Source: the human T2T-CHM13v2.0 reference genome, Homo sapiens. Taken from it: 64,000 nucleotides of DNA. Below are positions 33,730 through 52,016 of this stretch, piece after piece; positions within the stretch are counted from its first letter, which is position 1; each line of letters opens with the position of its first letter. The stretch lies in NCBI RefSeq assembly GCF_009914755.1, contig NC_060932.1; one strand, given 5' to 3'. The position numbers and the translations under genes are program-made. Under the pieces are notes generated by a model. It saw only the letters and a list, made by a program, of their open reading frames with translations, did no database searches and had not been told where the DNA came from.

Positions 33730-35619
33730 CTAAGGACAGGCCAGGGCGGCGGGAGAGGCGGACCGGTGGCGTGGCTGGATCTGGGCGCGCTGTCGGACCT
33801 TCCACATCACCAGCTGCAGGCAGGCGTTTGCGTCCTCGCTGGAGTTGTGGCCGTCCTGGCTGTCCTGGATGATCTGTGCCAGGTAGTCGGCCGCGAGATT
33901 CCTGAGGGAGCGCTTGTAGGGGAAACCCAGGTAGTGCGGGAAGAGCACGGCCGTGTCCACCACGGTGCTGTGGATGAGCTTCAGGGCCAGCAGGTCGCTC
34001 TCCAGGCTGTGCCCGATGAGGATGGTTTGGGCGCTGAAAAAGCTCAGCAGGATGGCTTGGACTTGGGGCAACGTGATGCTCGTCTTGGCGACGTCGGCCT
34101 CGGTGACTCCGGAAAACCTGGTGTTGTAGTCCACGATCTCGTTGTCGGGCTTGACGAAGGTGTCGTACACCACTCGCATGTCGGCGTCCACCACGGTGAC
34201 GCGGGTCAGCTCTAGGCCATGCGTGGTGTAGCACATCTCACAGTCCAAGGCGTAGATTCCTGGATAAGCGTCTCTGGACAACTCTTTCTTGAAGGTCTCC
34301 ACGAAGCCATCGAGGCTCTCCTTGCGGCCGTCCCGCACGTGCTGCTTTGCCACCTGGCAGCCCACAGAGCCAGGAGCAGCTGCACAGCAGGTGTACTGGC
34401 TAACCCGGCCTCCAGCCACCTGGCTCGAGCGGACCCGCCCCCAGTGATAATAACACAACTGGTCGCGTACACAGCGGCCCGAGGAGGACACCAGGTACTC
34501 GGTGCCACAACGGCAGCAGACCCTGCAGGAGGAGTCGCCGGGCCCCTTCCCCTGGCCAGTGAAGAGGACGGCGCCTCCGGGCCGCTCGGGGTGCGGGAAG
34601 GGGTAGCCGTTCTCCTTGAGCTGGTCCTGGGTGAGCAGGAACTCCTGGAGGCGGCTGTACAGGGCGGCCCTGCTGAGGCCGGGCATGGAGCTGGGGGTCA
34701 GGCCCTTCAGTCTCTTGAGGGTGTTCAGGACCACGTTCAGGTACCTGTTCTTGTTGGGGCTGCAGTCGTAGGCCACCTTCTCCTCGTTCAGCGCCTTCTC
34801 CTCGGCCTCCTGCTTGGAGGCGCAGAACTTGAGACACTCTTCGGTGAACAGTTGGAGATAGCCTCGGCGGAGGACGGTGGGGACTTGGCACCCAGAGCTT
34901 CGGAGGATAATGGGTTTCTTCAAACTCAAACTCGGTAAGGATGGACGACGGACGATTCGCTTAGAGCTGGTGGTGGCGGTGGTCTTGCATGCCATCCCTG
35001 ACCTGTTGCGCGTCTTCCCTGGCTGTCTGCCGACCTTGGAGCCACGGGAGCGTTGGCTGCTGCTGGCCACCCGGGTTCTCTTGGCATCTGTGTAACCTGT
35101 GACCAAGCAAGGGCTGGAAGAGTGGGCGATCGCCTTCCTCTTCCTGGGGGCTGAGATGCGGACTCCCGAGGGCCTCTCTGTCAGCCTTGGGGCGGCTGGC
35201 AAGCGGCAGGCCGATCCCCTCTGCGCAGGGAAGTAGCACGACTCCGTCACCATCTTGGGCCACGCTGGGGGCACCGCCGGACCCCTGTTCTGGGGCTCCG
35301 CCTGGATGTCCACAAATGCTGAGGCCTGCTTGTGCATCTGGGGCACCCAGAGCCCGAAGCTCTGGGCAGGCTGATGAGAGGGCAGTGGGAATTCTGGAGC
35401 CTCGAGGGCCGCCTCCTCGGCCACCTTCTTAGCTTCTGGGTATCCAGGGCGGAACCAGCAGGGAGCTGTGGCTCGCAACATCTTGCTGCCTTCGGGAGCA
35501 CCGGCCGGGCTCTGCTCCGCTCCCAAATGGCGGCTTGCCTCCGGGGCCGCCTCCTTGGCCACCTTCTTAGCTTCTGGGTATCCAGGGGGGAACCAGCAGG
35601 GAGCTGTGGCTCGCAACAT
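33730..35619 (-). CDS. REXO1L1: REXO1-like/GOR copy 3, 629 aa (2 hybrid N-terminal repeats)
   Basis: Intact ORF with substitutions RKRKA and RRPSLP. DEDDh motifs intact. Confidence 0.88.
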   Translation of the reverse strand: MLRATAPCWFPPGYPEAKKVAKEAAPEASRHLGAEQSPAGAPEGSKMLRATAPCWFRPGYPEAKKVAEEAALEAPEFPLPSHQPAQSFGLWVPQMHKQASAFVDIQAEPQNRGPAVPPAWPKMVTESCYFPAQRGSACRLPAAPRLTERPSGVRISAPRKRKAIAHSSSPCLVTGYTDAKRTRVASSSQRSRGSKVGRQPGKTRNRSGMACKTTATTSSKRIVRRPSLPSLSLKKPIILRSSGCQVPTVLRRGYLQLFTEECLKFCASKQEAEEKALNEEKVAYDCSPNKNRYLNVVLNTLKRLKGLTPSSMPGLSRAALYSRLQEFLLTQDQLKENGYPFPHPERPGGAVLFTGQGKGPGDSSCRVCCRCGTEYLVSSSGRCVRDQLCYYHWGRVRSSQVAGGRVSQYTCCAAAPGSVGCQVAKQHVRDGRKESLDGFVETFKKELSRDAYPGIYALDCEMCYTTHGLELTRVTVVDADMRVVYDTFVKPDNEIVDYNTRFSGVTEADVAKTSITLPQVQAILLSFFSAQTILIGHSLESDLLALKLIHSTVVDTAVLFPHYLGFPYKRSLRNLAADYLAQIIQDSQDGHNSSEDANACLQLVMWKVRQRAQIQPRHRSASPAALACP

Positions 35620-35674
35620 CTTGCTGCCTTCGGGAGCACCGGCCTGGCTCTGCTCCTCTCTCAACTGGCGGCTT
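35399..35674 (-). repeat. 138-bp VNTR x2 (hybrid repeats)
   Basis: Repeats WFPPG..KEAAPEA and [13 protein letters not shown]. Confidence 0.9.
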
Positions 35675-35953
35675 CAATGAGTGCTGCGGCCGCCACTTGT
35701 CGCCTTTATATAGGCACAGGGCAGACTGGGTGGGACTTCTCCTTGATAGGTTGGTGCTTCAGTCCAATCACACTGAGCCTCATCTTCCACCAGACTCCAG
35801 CTTGGGAATGCCTCAGGGGGTGCGCTAATGGAATCAACTGGAACTCCCGGTTGCTAAACTTGGAGCTAGGTTGCTTTTCCTGAGTTAAGTAACTGTCCCT
35901 GCAGGGCAGTCCTATAATGGCTACTGGAATTGGGCTACCTAGGATTAAATTAA
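35675..35953 (-). promoter_or_regulatory. putative REXO1L promoter, unit 3 (DUX4-type motif 35826-35836)
   Basis: TATA, CCAAT and TAATGGAATCA are conserved. Confidence 0.6.
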
Positions 35954-36157
35954 GGTTCAGGGAGGTTGGTCAACTTGCTTGGGCCCACACAGCACCCCTT
36001 GGAGCCAGGACTGGGCCAGCAGTCTGCTGCATGCTGGAGGGCGGGATCCCTCTGGGGCTGCCTTTCCCTGCTCTGTGCACTCCGCCGCTGCGGGCAAATT
36101 GAGGACAGGAAGCGGACCGCACCCACTTCTCTCCCAGGACTTGGGCAATGTTCAACA

Positions 36158-37038
36158 CAGGTGGTCTTCCAAAGGTTCATAGAAAATGCACATGGTGAAG
36201 AAACTATGCATGGATTTCCACTGGTTTGCACTAAAATAAACTTGTCCTAACTTCTGATAACCTTTCTGAACTAGATCTAGTTTGAGGCACTAAGAAGGAT
36301 GAGACATCCACTGAAAAGGACTCCCATCAGAGCAACATGAATTCCACGAAAATTGCAGCAAGAGGAAACATCAAATTTATGGTGAAGCTTGGGTGGAAGA
36401 TTGAAGAAATCATTGACGTTTTAAGAAAAGCTTGTAAGGACACTACCCCAAAGAAATGAACTCTTTACGAATGTATAGCTTGTTTCAAGAAGAGGTGAGA
36501 AGATGTGGAAGATGAATCCTGCAGTGGCTGTGAAAACCACTGTGCCCAGATCAGCTGCATTTACGACGAGAGCTATCAGTGGAAATTTTAAACAGGAGGG
36601 ATCACGATCCTGACGCATCCCTCTGACAAATTGTAAGCGGCAGTTGGAGCATGGCTTCACCAATATGATCGCCAAGGCAAAGCATCATGAAAGCGATGGC
36701 TACCAAGAGGTGGCAGTGGTCCAGTCAAAGGAAAAGGAGGCCAGTCAGGAGCCCACATCATGGCATCAGTGTTTTGGGACACTCAAGGCATTTTGCTTGT
36801 TGACTTTCTGAAAGGCCAAACATCTGCTTATTAGGAGAGTGTTCTGAGAAGCTTAGATAAAGCTTTGGTAGAAACATGCTGGGAAAGTCTCACTAGATCC
36901 TTGTTCACCACATCAATGCTCTGCTCATTCCTCTCATCAAACAAGGGCAATTTTGTCAGTTTCAATGGGCAGTCCTTAGGAATTCACCTTACGGGCTGCT
37001 TTCATTCCTTCTAAATTCTTTTTGTTTCCTAATGATAA
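36158..37038 (+). mobile_element. HSMAR2 relic
   Basis: Copy of 12055-12935. Confidence 0.85.
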
Positions 37039-39484
37039 AAAGTCTCCTTGCCTTGCTTGGAAAGATGAGAGAAAGTCTCCTTGCCTTGTTTGGACAGATG
37101 AGAGATGAGATCCTCCTCTTCTCTCCCAGGACAGAATGGTGAGACTTGAGTTTCCTTTCTCCTCACTCTTCTCCTCCTTGAGGGAGCTGCTGTGCCGGAC
37201 AGACCTGCCCCCGTGTCTAGACACTGGTAGACTCGTTTAAGTTCCTCACAGGCAATCCTCCATGGGGTCAAAGTGGAAGGACTTATTTCTTCAGGGCTCA
37301 GTAGTCCACATCCTGGCGCGCACCTTCACCAGCCCAGGGCGGGGTAGAGGAGGGTGAAAGGGCGTGGCTCAGAGCCCGCTTCTTCCGCTCGGGCGTATCC
37401 TGGGAGGAACCCTTGTCCGGTGAGCATGTCTTCGTCTCTACCAAATTCCCTAGTGGGACATTTCTGGCAGCCCTACTTGTTCAGCAGCTTACGGGGGTCA
37501 GGTGGACCTCTGCTAGTCACCAGCCTGAAGCCCTTTCTCCATTTCAGCTATTTTGGCAGTTGCCTAGGTGACTTTTGAACCTCATTATCCAGAACAGCAA
37601 ACGGACGAGGGGTGAGAAGAGTGGCCGTCTGGGTTTGCAGCATAGTGCTGCCTTCTAGGAGTTGTGCAGTCTTCGATTGTGTGAAACTTCACCTGGCTGA
37701 TTTGTGGCAATGCCTCCACAAATTCGCTAAATTCAGTAGCTTTTGCCTTCCAAGATTCATTTACACAATGTTGAATGCTTTAAATGAATGAGCATGAAGA
37801 GTGCTGGGCTGGAAAGTGATGAGATGGGTGGTAGGGACTCCTCGGAGTAGAGGAGTAGAGTTTTACTATTATGACTAGGAGGCAAATAAAAAGAAGCTGA
37901 ACGTGATCCATAATAAAAGAAGCACACACTCACAGAGCTCCATACCAACTACATTAAAATGGAAATCATGATATTTGGAAATACAACTTAATTGGAAATC
38001 ATTAAGTAATCTCATCAACCTTTTTACAGTGGGTGGCAGGGCTATGGAGGGAAAACAGCAATGGTTCTGGCACCTACTTAACTTGATTCCATTAAATTCA
38101 CCCAACAGGCCTCCAGAGAACATATTACTGCTTTGATATTACAAAGGGAAAAACAGCTATGGCGTCTCTGAAAAGCACAACGTGCTAGGACTGGAATGAC
38201 TTTAAAACCACACATAAATTTCTGAGAGATTTTTGCCGTAAGGTACCATCCACCTTACTGTAAACCACATCCTAAAATTGTCTGCAGTGCAAATGGATTA
38301 TGTGCATCCAACAGGAAACAGCATAGGTTGAGAAGCTGTTACTTAATAGCTTCATTGTCACCACGAGTGTAAAGTGTGGGGTCTCATCACTTTTGCACCC
38401 ACGTTTTGCCTGTTGGTTTCTCCACACGGTCAGGAGCATTTGACCAACTCACTGTGGCTCAGGGTCCCTTACGCAGCCTGTTGGGGAAACCAGTGGGTAT
38501 TGAAGACCTGCCTCTGGTGTGCCAGGAGGTTGTGCCTGCCGGCCACTCTGACTTGCGATCTTCCGCCTCAGTGTATGGCTTCCTACACCTGGGTAATTAA
38601 CATTGCCAGCATGATAAGGAGGTCCTTTCATCACTATTGCCACTAGTCCTTCCGACTCCTGTGCCCTGTTTCTCCTTTATTGGAACCCAAGAACGAGTAA
38701 ACATAGCATTTTCAAACATCCCGCCCCCTTCACTGGTAACACCAATATTCCACCATCCTAATTCCCTCACAAGCATTCAGTCTCTCCACCCTGAGGTGGT
38801 GAAATCCCTGCAGGCATTTATAAGTATACCTGGACAGAAGAAATACAAGATACCGTTCTATTAACTCAATATAGTGTTGCTAAGTTCGTACTTGTGCTTG
38901 GTTTATTTTATTTTATAAATACGTATCACTCGCATGGTTCCAAATGCGGTAGGCACAGAGAGTATATATGATGGAATTACATCCTCCTTCCCTGCACTCA
39001 GCAACCGAGATCATCCCGCTACGGGCACTCAAAGGTTTCATTGTCTGAAATATCAGCCTAAACGTAGTTTATGTTTAGGAAGCAACAACCGTAAATGGGC
39101 CCACATCCAAACGGAGTGGATTTAGGTTTCACTTTTTCAAGGAAAAACCATCAAAGAATTTTTCCACATACTTATAAACCATCCCACGTATAGAATCCAT
39201 TTTTACTGACACAAATTTAGTACCAATAAACGACTCTTCTTCTCAATTTGTTTTATTTAACAATAAGTCTTGAACGTCATTCCCAGTTAACATTTTGAAG
39301 AGTTTCCTCTCTTTCGTTCTGTTTTAGCTGCAAAGTATTCTTCCGTAAGGATGAACGTACTATAATTTATTAGCCAGCCACTTAGTGATGTACAATTAAG
39401 CAGTTTTAAATCTTTGACTCTTGAAAATATTGTTTCTCACACATAAATATTTCTATAAAATAAATTAGTTGAATTAGAATTGTT

Positions 39485-39697
39485 GGAGTTCAAGACCAGC
39501 CTGGCCAACATGGTGAAACCCCATCTCTACTAGAAACACAAAATTAGCCGGACATGCCGGTACATGCCTCTAATCTCAGGTGAGGCAGGAGAATCACTTC
39601 AACCTGGGAGGCAGAGGTTGTAGTGACTCGAAATCACGCCACTGCACTCCAGCCTGGGCGACGCGAGCGAAACTCTGTCTCAAAAAACCAAAAAAAA
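39485..39697 (+). mobile_element. truncated Alu (AluS-like), unit 4
   Basis: Copy of 3192-3404. Confidence 0.88.
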
Positions 39698-39825
39698 TTA
39701 AACATAAAAAGAAAAGCGGTACATATACCCAATAGAACACAATTCAGCCTTAAAAAAGAAAGAAATCATCTCATTGGCAACACGAATGAGCCTAGAGGAT
39801 GGTACACTGAGTGAAAGAAAGCAAA

Positions 39826-40143
39826 GGCCAGGCACGGTGGCTCATGCCTGTAATCCCAGTACTTTGGGAGGCCAAGGCAGGTGGAAGCGTTGAGCCCAGG
39901 AGTTGGAGATGAACCTGGACAACATGGTGAAACCCCATCTCTAAAAGAAACACAAAAATTAGCCAAGTGTGGCGTTGGACGCCTGTAGTCCTAGCTATTC
40001 AGGAGGCTGAAGCGGGAGGAACTCTCGACCCCGGGAGGTGGAGGCCGTGGTGAGTGAGCCGTGTTTGTGTCACTGTACTCCAGCCTGGGTGACAGACTGA
40101 GACCCTGTCTCAAAAAATAAATAATTACATAATAAAGATTTAA
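39826..40143 (+). mobile_element. Alu (AluJ-like), unit 4
   Basis: Copy of 3533-3850. Confidence 0.88.
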
Positions 40144-41545
40144 AAAGCAAGCACAAAAAGACAAATACTGCATGATCTCACTTATATGTGCAATCTCAAA
40201 CAATGCAACTCATAGCTGTAGAGAGCAGAACGGTGGTTACCCGAGGCAGGGGTCAGGGAGGGACTGGAGAGATGATAGTCTCATGATACAAAATTTCAGA
40301 GAGGAATGGTTCTAGAGATCTATTGAACAGCCTGGCATCTACAGTGTATAAGTATGTATTGTATACTTGAAAATTGCTATAAGAGTAGATTTTAGACATG
40401 TCCTCATCACATTAAAATCAGTATGTGAGGAAACGAGTGTGTTAATTAGCTTGATTTTGTCATTCCACAATGTATACACGTATGAAACATCATGTTGTAT
40501 GCCATAAATATATATAATTTTTATTTGTCAAGTTAAAATTAAAATTCATATAAATTATAAAAATAAAATGAAATAACATACACTACAAAAGACGTTTATT
40601 TATTAAATCCCCACAGAAGGGGTCTAAGTGATAAAGGAAAATAAAATTCCGGGAACGGTAAAATCAATCAGAAATGCCCTACTTCAGTGCTTTCCGAAAT
40701 TTGTCTGACAGAGTGGAAATCCAGTTTTTCACTAAGTCACTGTTCTGGAACAGTTTGTGTGTGTGTATGTATGTGTGTGAGGGCTCACATACACAAATTG
40801 AACTAATGGAAGTGTAAGCATTCAAATTATCAGTTTAATTTAGTTCTATACATATACACACACACACACTCACACACCGAAAACATTGATAAAATCAGCC
40901 ATTCCAGCAAAACTAGCTACTTAGTGTCTATCTCTCCTTGAAGATTCAAACTAGAAATGAGGATTTAGAGAGGCATGATGGTTCGTTCTCTCTTGGAGCC
41001 CAGTTCGAAGTTGACTGACTGATTCAGTCATTGTAATTGGTTGGTCTTGGGGAAGAATCCACTTTGACTCTTGGGAAGTCAGCTAGGTCATCGGACAGAG
41101 CAGGGGCTCTGGAGCCAGACTGCCTGCACCCGACTTCTAGCTATGATACCTTGGATAAACTACTTATCACCTGGGCTTCAGGTTCCTCATCTGTAAAATG
41201 GGGATAAGAATGCTATCTCTCTCACAACTGTTAGGAGGACTGACTGGGTTAATACGTGCAAAGTACCAAGTACATAAGAAACCAACAGCCAGTGCTCATT
41301 ACAATCATTATTATTTTGGGCAAGTTAAGCCGCATGGTTTCTTTAGGTATAAAATTAGGCTTTATTTACCTACCTGTTGGGTTGTTCCAAGGATTAATCA
41401 CATAGTGTTCATGAATTCCCTTTATAAACTATTATAGAAAAGAAATATAGTTAACAATAATTGAACACCTACTATGTGCGATCGTTTTAAGGCTTGCCAT
41501 GTGCTGCTTCATTCAGTCCGCACCATGACATTAGGATCACACTTT

Positions 41546-45218
<3,673 letters not shown>

Positions 45219-45782
45219 GATCACACTTTAAAGACCAAAAGGTAGAAGCGCAAAGACGTTATCTGTCCAATATTACAAACCTAGTAAGTGGTGGAATTTG
45301 GCCTTGAACCCAGATCTGTAACTCCAGAGCCGAAGTGCTTCACCCACCTCCCTGTGGTGCCTCTACAGAAAAAGAGGTAAGCAGGCATTCCGAAAGCTGG
45401 TGGGCCGGGGGGCTGGCCTTGTACTCAGAAGCCATGGAAGTCCCACGTGGGGTGGCTAGTGGTGTAAGGACAGAGGTCTCGGATGGGCAGAGGGATGTGG
45501 ACAGGCGCGAGGGCGCGCGGCAGGGACTCGGGGGACTGGGAGTGGCGGCTCGGGGCTGCGGGAGGCGATTGGTGGAAGGACAGAGGTCTGGGAGGGGCAG
45601 AGGGATGTGGACAGGCCCGAGGGGCCGCGGCAGGGATTCCGGGGGACCGGGAGTGGGGGGTTGGGGTTACTCTTGGCTTTTTGCCCTCTCCTGCCGCCGG
45701 CTGCTCCAGTTTCTTTCGCTTTGCGGCGAGGTGGGCAGGGTGAGCTCTCGGGACTGATGGCGGTTTTGGAAGAGGCCTGGGG

Positions 45783-47810
45783 CTAAGGACAGGCCAGGGC
45801 GGCGGGAGAGGCGGACCGGTGGCGTGGCTGGATCTGGGCGCGCTGTCGGACCTTCCACATCACCAGCTGCAGGCAGGCGTTTGCGTCCTCGCTGGAGTTG
45901 TGGCCGTCCTGGCTGTCCTGGATGATCTGTGCCAGGTAGTCGGCCGCGAGATTCCTGAGGGAGCGCTTGTAGGGGAAACCCAGGTAGTGCGGGAAGAGCA
46001 CGGCCGTGTCCACCACGGTGCTGTGGATGAGCTTCAGGGCCAGCAGGTCGCTCTCCAGGCTGTGCCCGATGAGGATGGTTTGGGCGCTGAAAAAGCTCAG
46101 CAGGATGGCTTGGACTTGGGGCAACGTGATGCTCGTCTTGGCGACGTCGGCCTCGGTGACTCCGGAAAACCTGGTGTTGTAGTCCACGATCTCGTTGTCG
46201 GGCTTGACGAAGGTGTCGTACACCACTCGCATGTCGGCGTCCACCACGGTGACGCGGGTCAGCTCTAGGCCATGCGTGGTGTAGCACATCTCACAGTCCA
46301 AGGCGTAGATTCCTGGATAAGCGTCTCTGGACAACTCTTTCTTGAAGGTCTCCACGAAGCCATCGAGGCTCTCCTTGCGGCCGTCCCGCACGTGCTGCTT
46401 TGCCACCTGGCAGCCCACAGAGCCAGGAGCAGCTGCACAGCAGGTGTACTGGCTAACCCGGCCTCCAGCCACCTGGCTCGAGCGGACCCGCCCCCAGTGA
46501 TAATAACACAACTGGTCGCGTACACAGCGGCCCGAGGAGGACACCAGGTACTCGGTGCCACAACGGCAGCAGACCCTGCAGGAGGAGTCGCCGGGCCCCT
46601 TCCCCTGGCCAGTGAAGAGGACGGCGCCTCCGGGCCGCTCGGGGTGCGGGAAGGGGTAGCCGTTCTCCTTGAGCTGGTCCTGGGTGAGCAGGAACTCCTG
46701 GAGGCGGCTGTACAGGGCGGCCCTGCTGAGGCCGGGCATGGAGCTGGGGGTCAGGCCCTTCAGTCTCTTGAGGGTGTTCAGGACCACGTTCAGGTACCTG
46801 TTCTTGTTGGGGCTGCAGTCGTAGGCCACCTTCTCCTCGTTCAGCGCCTTCTCCTCGGCCTCCTGCTTGGAGGCGCAGAACTTGAGACACTCTTCGGTGA
46901 ACAGTTGGAGATAGCCTCGGCGGACGACGGTGGGGACTTGGCACCCAGAGCTTCGGAGGATAATGGGTTTCTTCAAACTCAAACTCGGTAAGGATGCACG
47001 ACGGACGATTCGCTTAGAGCTGGTGGTGGCGGTGGTCTTGCATGCCATCCCTGACCTGTTGCGCGTCTTCCCTGGCTGTCTGCCGACCTTGGAGCCACGG
47101 GAGCGTTGGCTGCTGCTGGCCACCCGGGTTCTCTTGGCATCTGTGTAACCTGTGACCAAGCAAGGGCTGGAAGAGTGGGCGATCGTCTTCCTCTTCCTGG
47201 GGGCTGAGATGCGGACTCCCGAGGGCCTCTCTGTCAGCCTTGGGGCGGCTGGCAAGCGGCAGGCCGATCCCCTCTGCGCAGGGAAGTAGCACGACTCCGT
47301 CACCATCTTGGGCCACGCTGGGGGCACCGCCGGACCCCTGTTCTGGGGCTCCGCCTGGATGTCCACAAATGCTGAGGCCTGCTTGTGCATCTGGGGCACC
47401 CAGAGCCCGAAGCTCTGGGCAGGCTGATGAGAGGGCAGTGGGAATTCTGGAGCCTCGAGGGCCGCCTCCTCGGCCACCTTCTTAGCTTCTGGGTATCCAG
47501 GTGGGAACCAGCAGGGAGCTGTGGCTCGCAACATCTTGCTGCCTTCGGGAGCACCGGCCGGGCTCTGCTCCGCTCCCAAATGGCGGCTTGCCTCCGGGGC
47601 CGCCTCCTTGGCCACCTTCTTAGCTTCTGGGTATCCAGGGCGGAACCAGCAGGGAGCTGTGGCTCGCAACATCTTGCTGCCTTCGGGAGCACCGGCCTGG
47701 CTCTGCTCCCCTCCCAAATGGCGGCTTGCCTCCAGGGCCGCCTCCTCGGCCACCTTCTTAGCTTCTGGGTATCCAGGGGGGAACCAGCAGGGAGCTGTGG
47801 CTCGCAACAT
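45783..47810 (-). CDS. REXO1L1: REXO1-like/GOR copy 4, 675 aa
   Basis: Intact ORF with the PTVVRR variant. DEDDh motifs intact. Confidence 0.9.
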   Translation of the reverse strand: MLRATAPCWFPPGYPEAKKVAEEAALEASRHLGGEQSQAGAPEGSKMLRATAPCWFRPGYPEAKKVAKEAAPEASRHLGAEQSPAGAPEGSKMLRATAPCWFPPGYPEAKKVAEEAALEAPEFPLPSHQPAQSFGLWVPQMHKQASAFVDIQAEPQNRGPAVPPAWPKMVTESCYFPAQRGSACRLPAAPRLTERPSGVRISAPRKRKTIAHSSSPCLVTGYTDAKRTRVASSSQRSRGSKVGRQPGKTRNRSGMACKTTATTSSKRIVRRASLPSLSLKKPIILRSSGCQVPTVVRRGYLQLFTEECLKFCASKQEAEEKALNEEKVAYDCSPNKNRYLNVVLNTLKRLKGLTPSSMPGLSRAALYSRLQEFLLTQDQLKENGYPFPHPERPGGAVLFTGQGKGPGDSSCRVCCRCGTEYLVSSSGRCVRDQLCYYHWGRVRSSQVAGGRVSQYTCCAAAPGSVGCQVAKQHVRDGRKESLDGFVETFKKELSRDAYPGIYALDCEMCYTTHGLELTRVTVVDADMRVVYDTFVKPDNEIVDYNTRFSGVTEADVAKTSITLPQVQAILLSFFSAQTILIGHSLESDLLALKLIHSTVVDTAVLFPHYLGFPYKRSLRNLAADYLAQIIQDSQDGHNSSEDANACLQLVMWKVRQRAQIQPRHRSASPAALACP

Positions 47811-47865
47811 CTTGCTGCCTTCGGGAGCACCGGCCTGGCTCTGCTCCTCTCCCAACTGGCGGCTT
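47452..47865 (-). repeat. 138-bp VNTR x3
   Basis: Same arrangement as unit 1. Confidence 0.92.
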
Positions 47866-48144
47866 CAATGAGTGCTGCGGCCGCCACTTGTCGCCTTTAT
47901 ATAGGCACAGGGCAGACTGGGTGGGACTTCTCCTTGATAGGTTGGTGCTTCAGTCCAATCACACTGAGCCTCATCTTCCACCAGACTCCAGCTTGGGAAT
48001 GCCTCAGGGGGTGCGCTAATGGAATCAACTGGAACTCCCGGTTGCTAAACTTGGAGCTAGGTTGCTTTTCCTGAGTTAAGTAACTGTCCCTGCAGGGCAG
48101 TCCTATAATGGCTACTGGAATTGGGCTACCTAGGATTAAATTAA
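47866..48144 (-). promoter_or_regulatory. putative REXO1L promoter, unit 4 (DUX4-type motif 48017-48027)
   Basis: TATA, CCAAT and TAATGGAATCA are conserved. Confidence 0.6.
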
Positions 48145-48348
48145 GGTTCAGGGAGGTTGGTCAACTTGCTTGGGCCCACACAGCACCCCTTGGAGCCAGG
48201 ACTGGGCCAGCAGTCTGCTGCATGCTGGAGGGCGGGATCCCTCTGGGGCTGCCTTTCCCTGCTCTGTGCACTCCGCCGCTGCGGGCAAATTGAGGACAGG
48301 AAGCGGACCGCACCCACTTCTCTCCCAGGACTTGGGCAATGTTCAACA

Positions 48349-49229
48349 CAGGTGGTCTTCCAAAGGTTCATAGAAAATGCACATGGTGAAGAAACTATGC
48401 ATGGATTTCCACTGGTTTGCACTAAAATAAACTTGTCCTAACTTCTGATAACCTTTCTGAACTAGATCTAGTTTGAGGCACTAAGAAGGATGAGACATCC
48501 ACTGAAAAGGACTCCCATCAGAGCAACATGAATTCCACGAAAATTGCAGCAAGAGGAAACATCAAATTTATGGTGAAGCTTGGGTGGAAGATTGAAGAAA
48601 TCATTGACGTTTTAAGAAAAGCTTGTAAGGACACTACCCCAAAGAAATGAACTCTTTACGAATGTATAGCTTGTTTCAAGAAGAGGTGAGAAGATGTGGA
48701 AGATGAATCCTGCAGTGGCTGTGAAAACCACTGTGCCCAGATCAGCTGCATTTACGACGAGAGCTATCAGTGGAAATTTTAAACAGGAGGGATCACGATC
48801 CTGACGCATCCCTCTGACAAATTGTAAGCGGCAGTTGGAGCATGGCTTCACCAATATGATCGCCAAGGCAAAGCATCATGAAAGCGATGGCTACCAAGAG
48901 GTGGCAGTGGTCCAGTCAAAGGAAAAGGAGGCCAGTCAGGAGCCCACATCATGGCATCAGTGTTTTGGGACACTCAAGGCATTTTGCTTGTTGACTTTCT
49001 GAAAGGCCAAACATCTGCTTATTAGGAGAGTGTTCTGAGAAGCTTAGATAAAGCTTTGGTAGAAACATGCTGGGAAAGTCTCACTAGATCCTTGTTCACC
49101 ACATCAATGCTCTGCTCATTCCTCTCATCAAACAAGGGCAATTTTGTCAGTTTCAATGGGCAGTCCTTAGGAATTCACCTTACGGGCTGCTTTCATTCCT
49201 TCTAAATTCTTTTTGTTTCCTAATGATAA
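48349..49229 (+). mobile_element. HSMAR2 relic
   Basis: Copy of 12055-12935. Confidence 0.85.
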
Positions 49230-51675
49230 AAAGTCTCCTTGCCTTGCTTGGAAAGATGAGAGAAAGTCTCCTTGCCTTGTTTGGACAGATGAGAGATGAG
49301 ATCCTCCTCTTCTCTCCCAGGACAGAATGGTGAGACTTGAGTTTCCTTTCTCCTCACTCTTCTCCTCCTTGAGGGAGCTGCTGTGCCGGACAGACCTGCC
49401 CCCGTGTCTAGACACTGGTAGACTCGTTTAAGTTCCTCACAGGCAATCCTCCATGGGGTCAAAGTGGAAGGACTTATTTCTTCAGGGCTCAGTAGTCCAC
49501 ATCCTGGCGCGCACCTTCACCAGCCCAGGGCGGGGTAGAGGAGGGTGAAAGGGCGTGGCTCAGAGCCCGCTTCTTCCGCTCGGGCGTATCCTGGGAGGAA
49601 CCCTTGTCCGGTGAGCATGTCTTCGTCTCTACCAAATTCCCTAGTGGGACATTTCTGGCAGCCCTACTTGTTCAGCAGCTTACGGGGGTCAGGTGGACCT
49701 CTGCTAGTCACCAGCCTGAAGCCCTTTCTCCATTTCAGCTATTTTGGCAGTTGCCTAGGTGACTTTTGAACCTCATTATCCAGAACAGCAAACGGACGAG
49801 GGGTGAGAAGAGTGGCCGTCTGGGTTTGCAGCATAGTGCTGCCTTCTAGGAGTTGTGCAGTCTTCGATTGTGTGAAACTTCACCTGGCTGATTTGTGGCA
49901 ATGCCTCCACAAATTCGCTAAATTCAGTAGCTTTTGCCTTCCAAGATTCATTTACACAATGTTGAATGCTTTAAATGAATGAGCATGAAGAGTGCTGGGC
50001 TGGAAAGTGATGAGATGGGTGGTAGGGACTCCTCGGAGTAGAGGAGTAGAGTTTTACTATTATGACTAGGAGGCAAATAAAAAGAAGCTGAACGTGATCC
50101 ATAATAAAAGAAGCACACACTCACAGAGCTCCATACCAACTACATTAAAATGGAAATCATGATATTTGGAAATACAACTTAATTGGAAATCATTAAGTAA
50201 TCTCATCAACCTTTTTACAGTGGGTGGCAGGGCTATGGAGGGAAAACAGCAATGGTTCTGGCACCTACTTAACTTGATTCCATTAAATTCACCCAACAGG
50301 CCTCCAGAGAACATATTACTGCTTTGATATTACAAAGGGAAAAACAGCTATGGCGTCTCTGAAAAGCACAACGTGCTAGGACTGGAATGACTTTAAAACC
50401 ACACATAAATTTCTGAGAGATTTTTGCCATAAGGTACCATCCACCTTACTGTAAACCACATCCTAAAATTGTCTGCAGTGCAAATGGATTATGTGCATCC
50501 AACAGGAAACAGCATAGGTTGAGAAGCTGTTACTTAATAGCTTCATTGTCACCACGAGTGTAAAGTGTGGGGTCTCATCACTTTTGCACCCACGTTTTGC
50601 CTGTTGGTTTCTCCACACTGTCAGGAGCATTTGACCAACTCACTGTGGCTCAGGGTCCCTTACGCAGCCTGTTGGGGAAACCAGTGGGTATTGAAGACCT
50701 GCCTCTGGTGTGCCAGGACGTTGTGCCTGCCGGCCACTCTGACTTGCGATCTTCCGCCTCAGTGTATGGCTTCCTACACCTGGGTAATTAACATTGCCAG
50801 CATGATAAGGAGGTCCTTTCATCACTATTGCCACTAGTCCTTCCGACTCCTGTGCCCTGTTTCTCCTTTATTGGAACCCAAGAACGAGTAAACATAGCAT
50901 TTTCAAACATCCCGCCCCCTTCCCTGGTAACACCAATATTCCACCATCCTAATTCCCTCACAAGCATTCAGTCTCTCCACCCTGAGGTGGTGAAATCCCT
51001 GCAGGCATTTATAAGTATACCTGGACAGAAGAAATACAAGATACCGTTCTATTAACTCAATATAGTGTTGCTAAGTTCGTACTTGTGCTTGGTTTATTTT
51101 ATTTTATAAATACGTATCACTCGCATGGTTCCAAATGCGGTAGGCACAGAGAGTATATATGATGGAATTACATCCTCCTTCCCTGCACTCAGCAACCGAG
51201 ATCTTCCCGCTACGGGCACTCAAAGGTTTCATTGTCTGAAATATCAGCCTAAACGTAGTTTATGTTTAGGAAGCAACAACCGTAAATGGGCCCACATCCA
51301 AACGGAGTGGATTTAGGTTTCACTTTTTCAAGGAAAAACCATCAAAGAATTTTTCCACATACTTATAAACCATCCCACGTATAGAATCCATTTTTACTGA
51401 CACAAATTTAGTACCAATAAACGACTCTTCTTCTCAATTTGTTTTATTTAACAATAAGTCTTGAACGTCATTCCCAGTTAACATTTTGAAGAGTTTCCTC
51501 TCTTTCGTTCTGTTTTAGCTGCAAAGTATTCTTCCGTAAGGATGAACGTACTATAATTTATTAGCCAGCCACTTAGTGATGTACAATTAAGCAGTTTTAA
51601 ATCTTTGACTCTTGAAAATATTGTTTCTCACACATAAATATTTCTATAAAATAAATTAGTTGAATTAGAATTGTT

Positions 51676-51888
51676 GGAGTTCAAGACCAGCCTGGCCAAC
51701 ATGGTGAAACCCCATCTCTACTAGAAGCACAAAATTAGCCGGACATGCCGGTACATGCCTCTAATCTCAGGTGAGGCAGGAGAATCACTTCAACCTGGGA
51801 GGCAGAGGTTGTAGTGACTCGAAATCACGCCACTGCACTCCAGCCTGGGCGACGCGAGCGAAACTCTGTCTCAAAAAACCAAAAAAAA
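51676..51888 (+). mobile_element. truncated Alu (AluS-like), unit 5
   Basis: Copy of 3192-3404. Confidence 0.88.
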
Positions 51889-52016
51889 TTAAACATAAAA
51901 AGAAAAGCGGTACATATACCCAATAGAACACAATTCAGCCTTAAAAAAGAAAGAAATCATCTCATTGGCAACACGAATGAGCCTAGAGGATGGTACACTG
52001 AGTGAAAGAAAGCAAA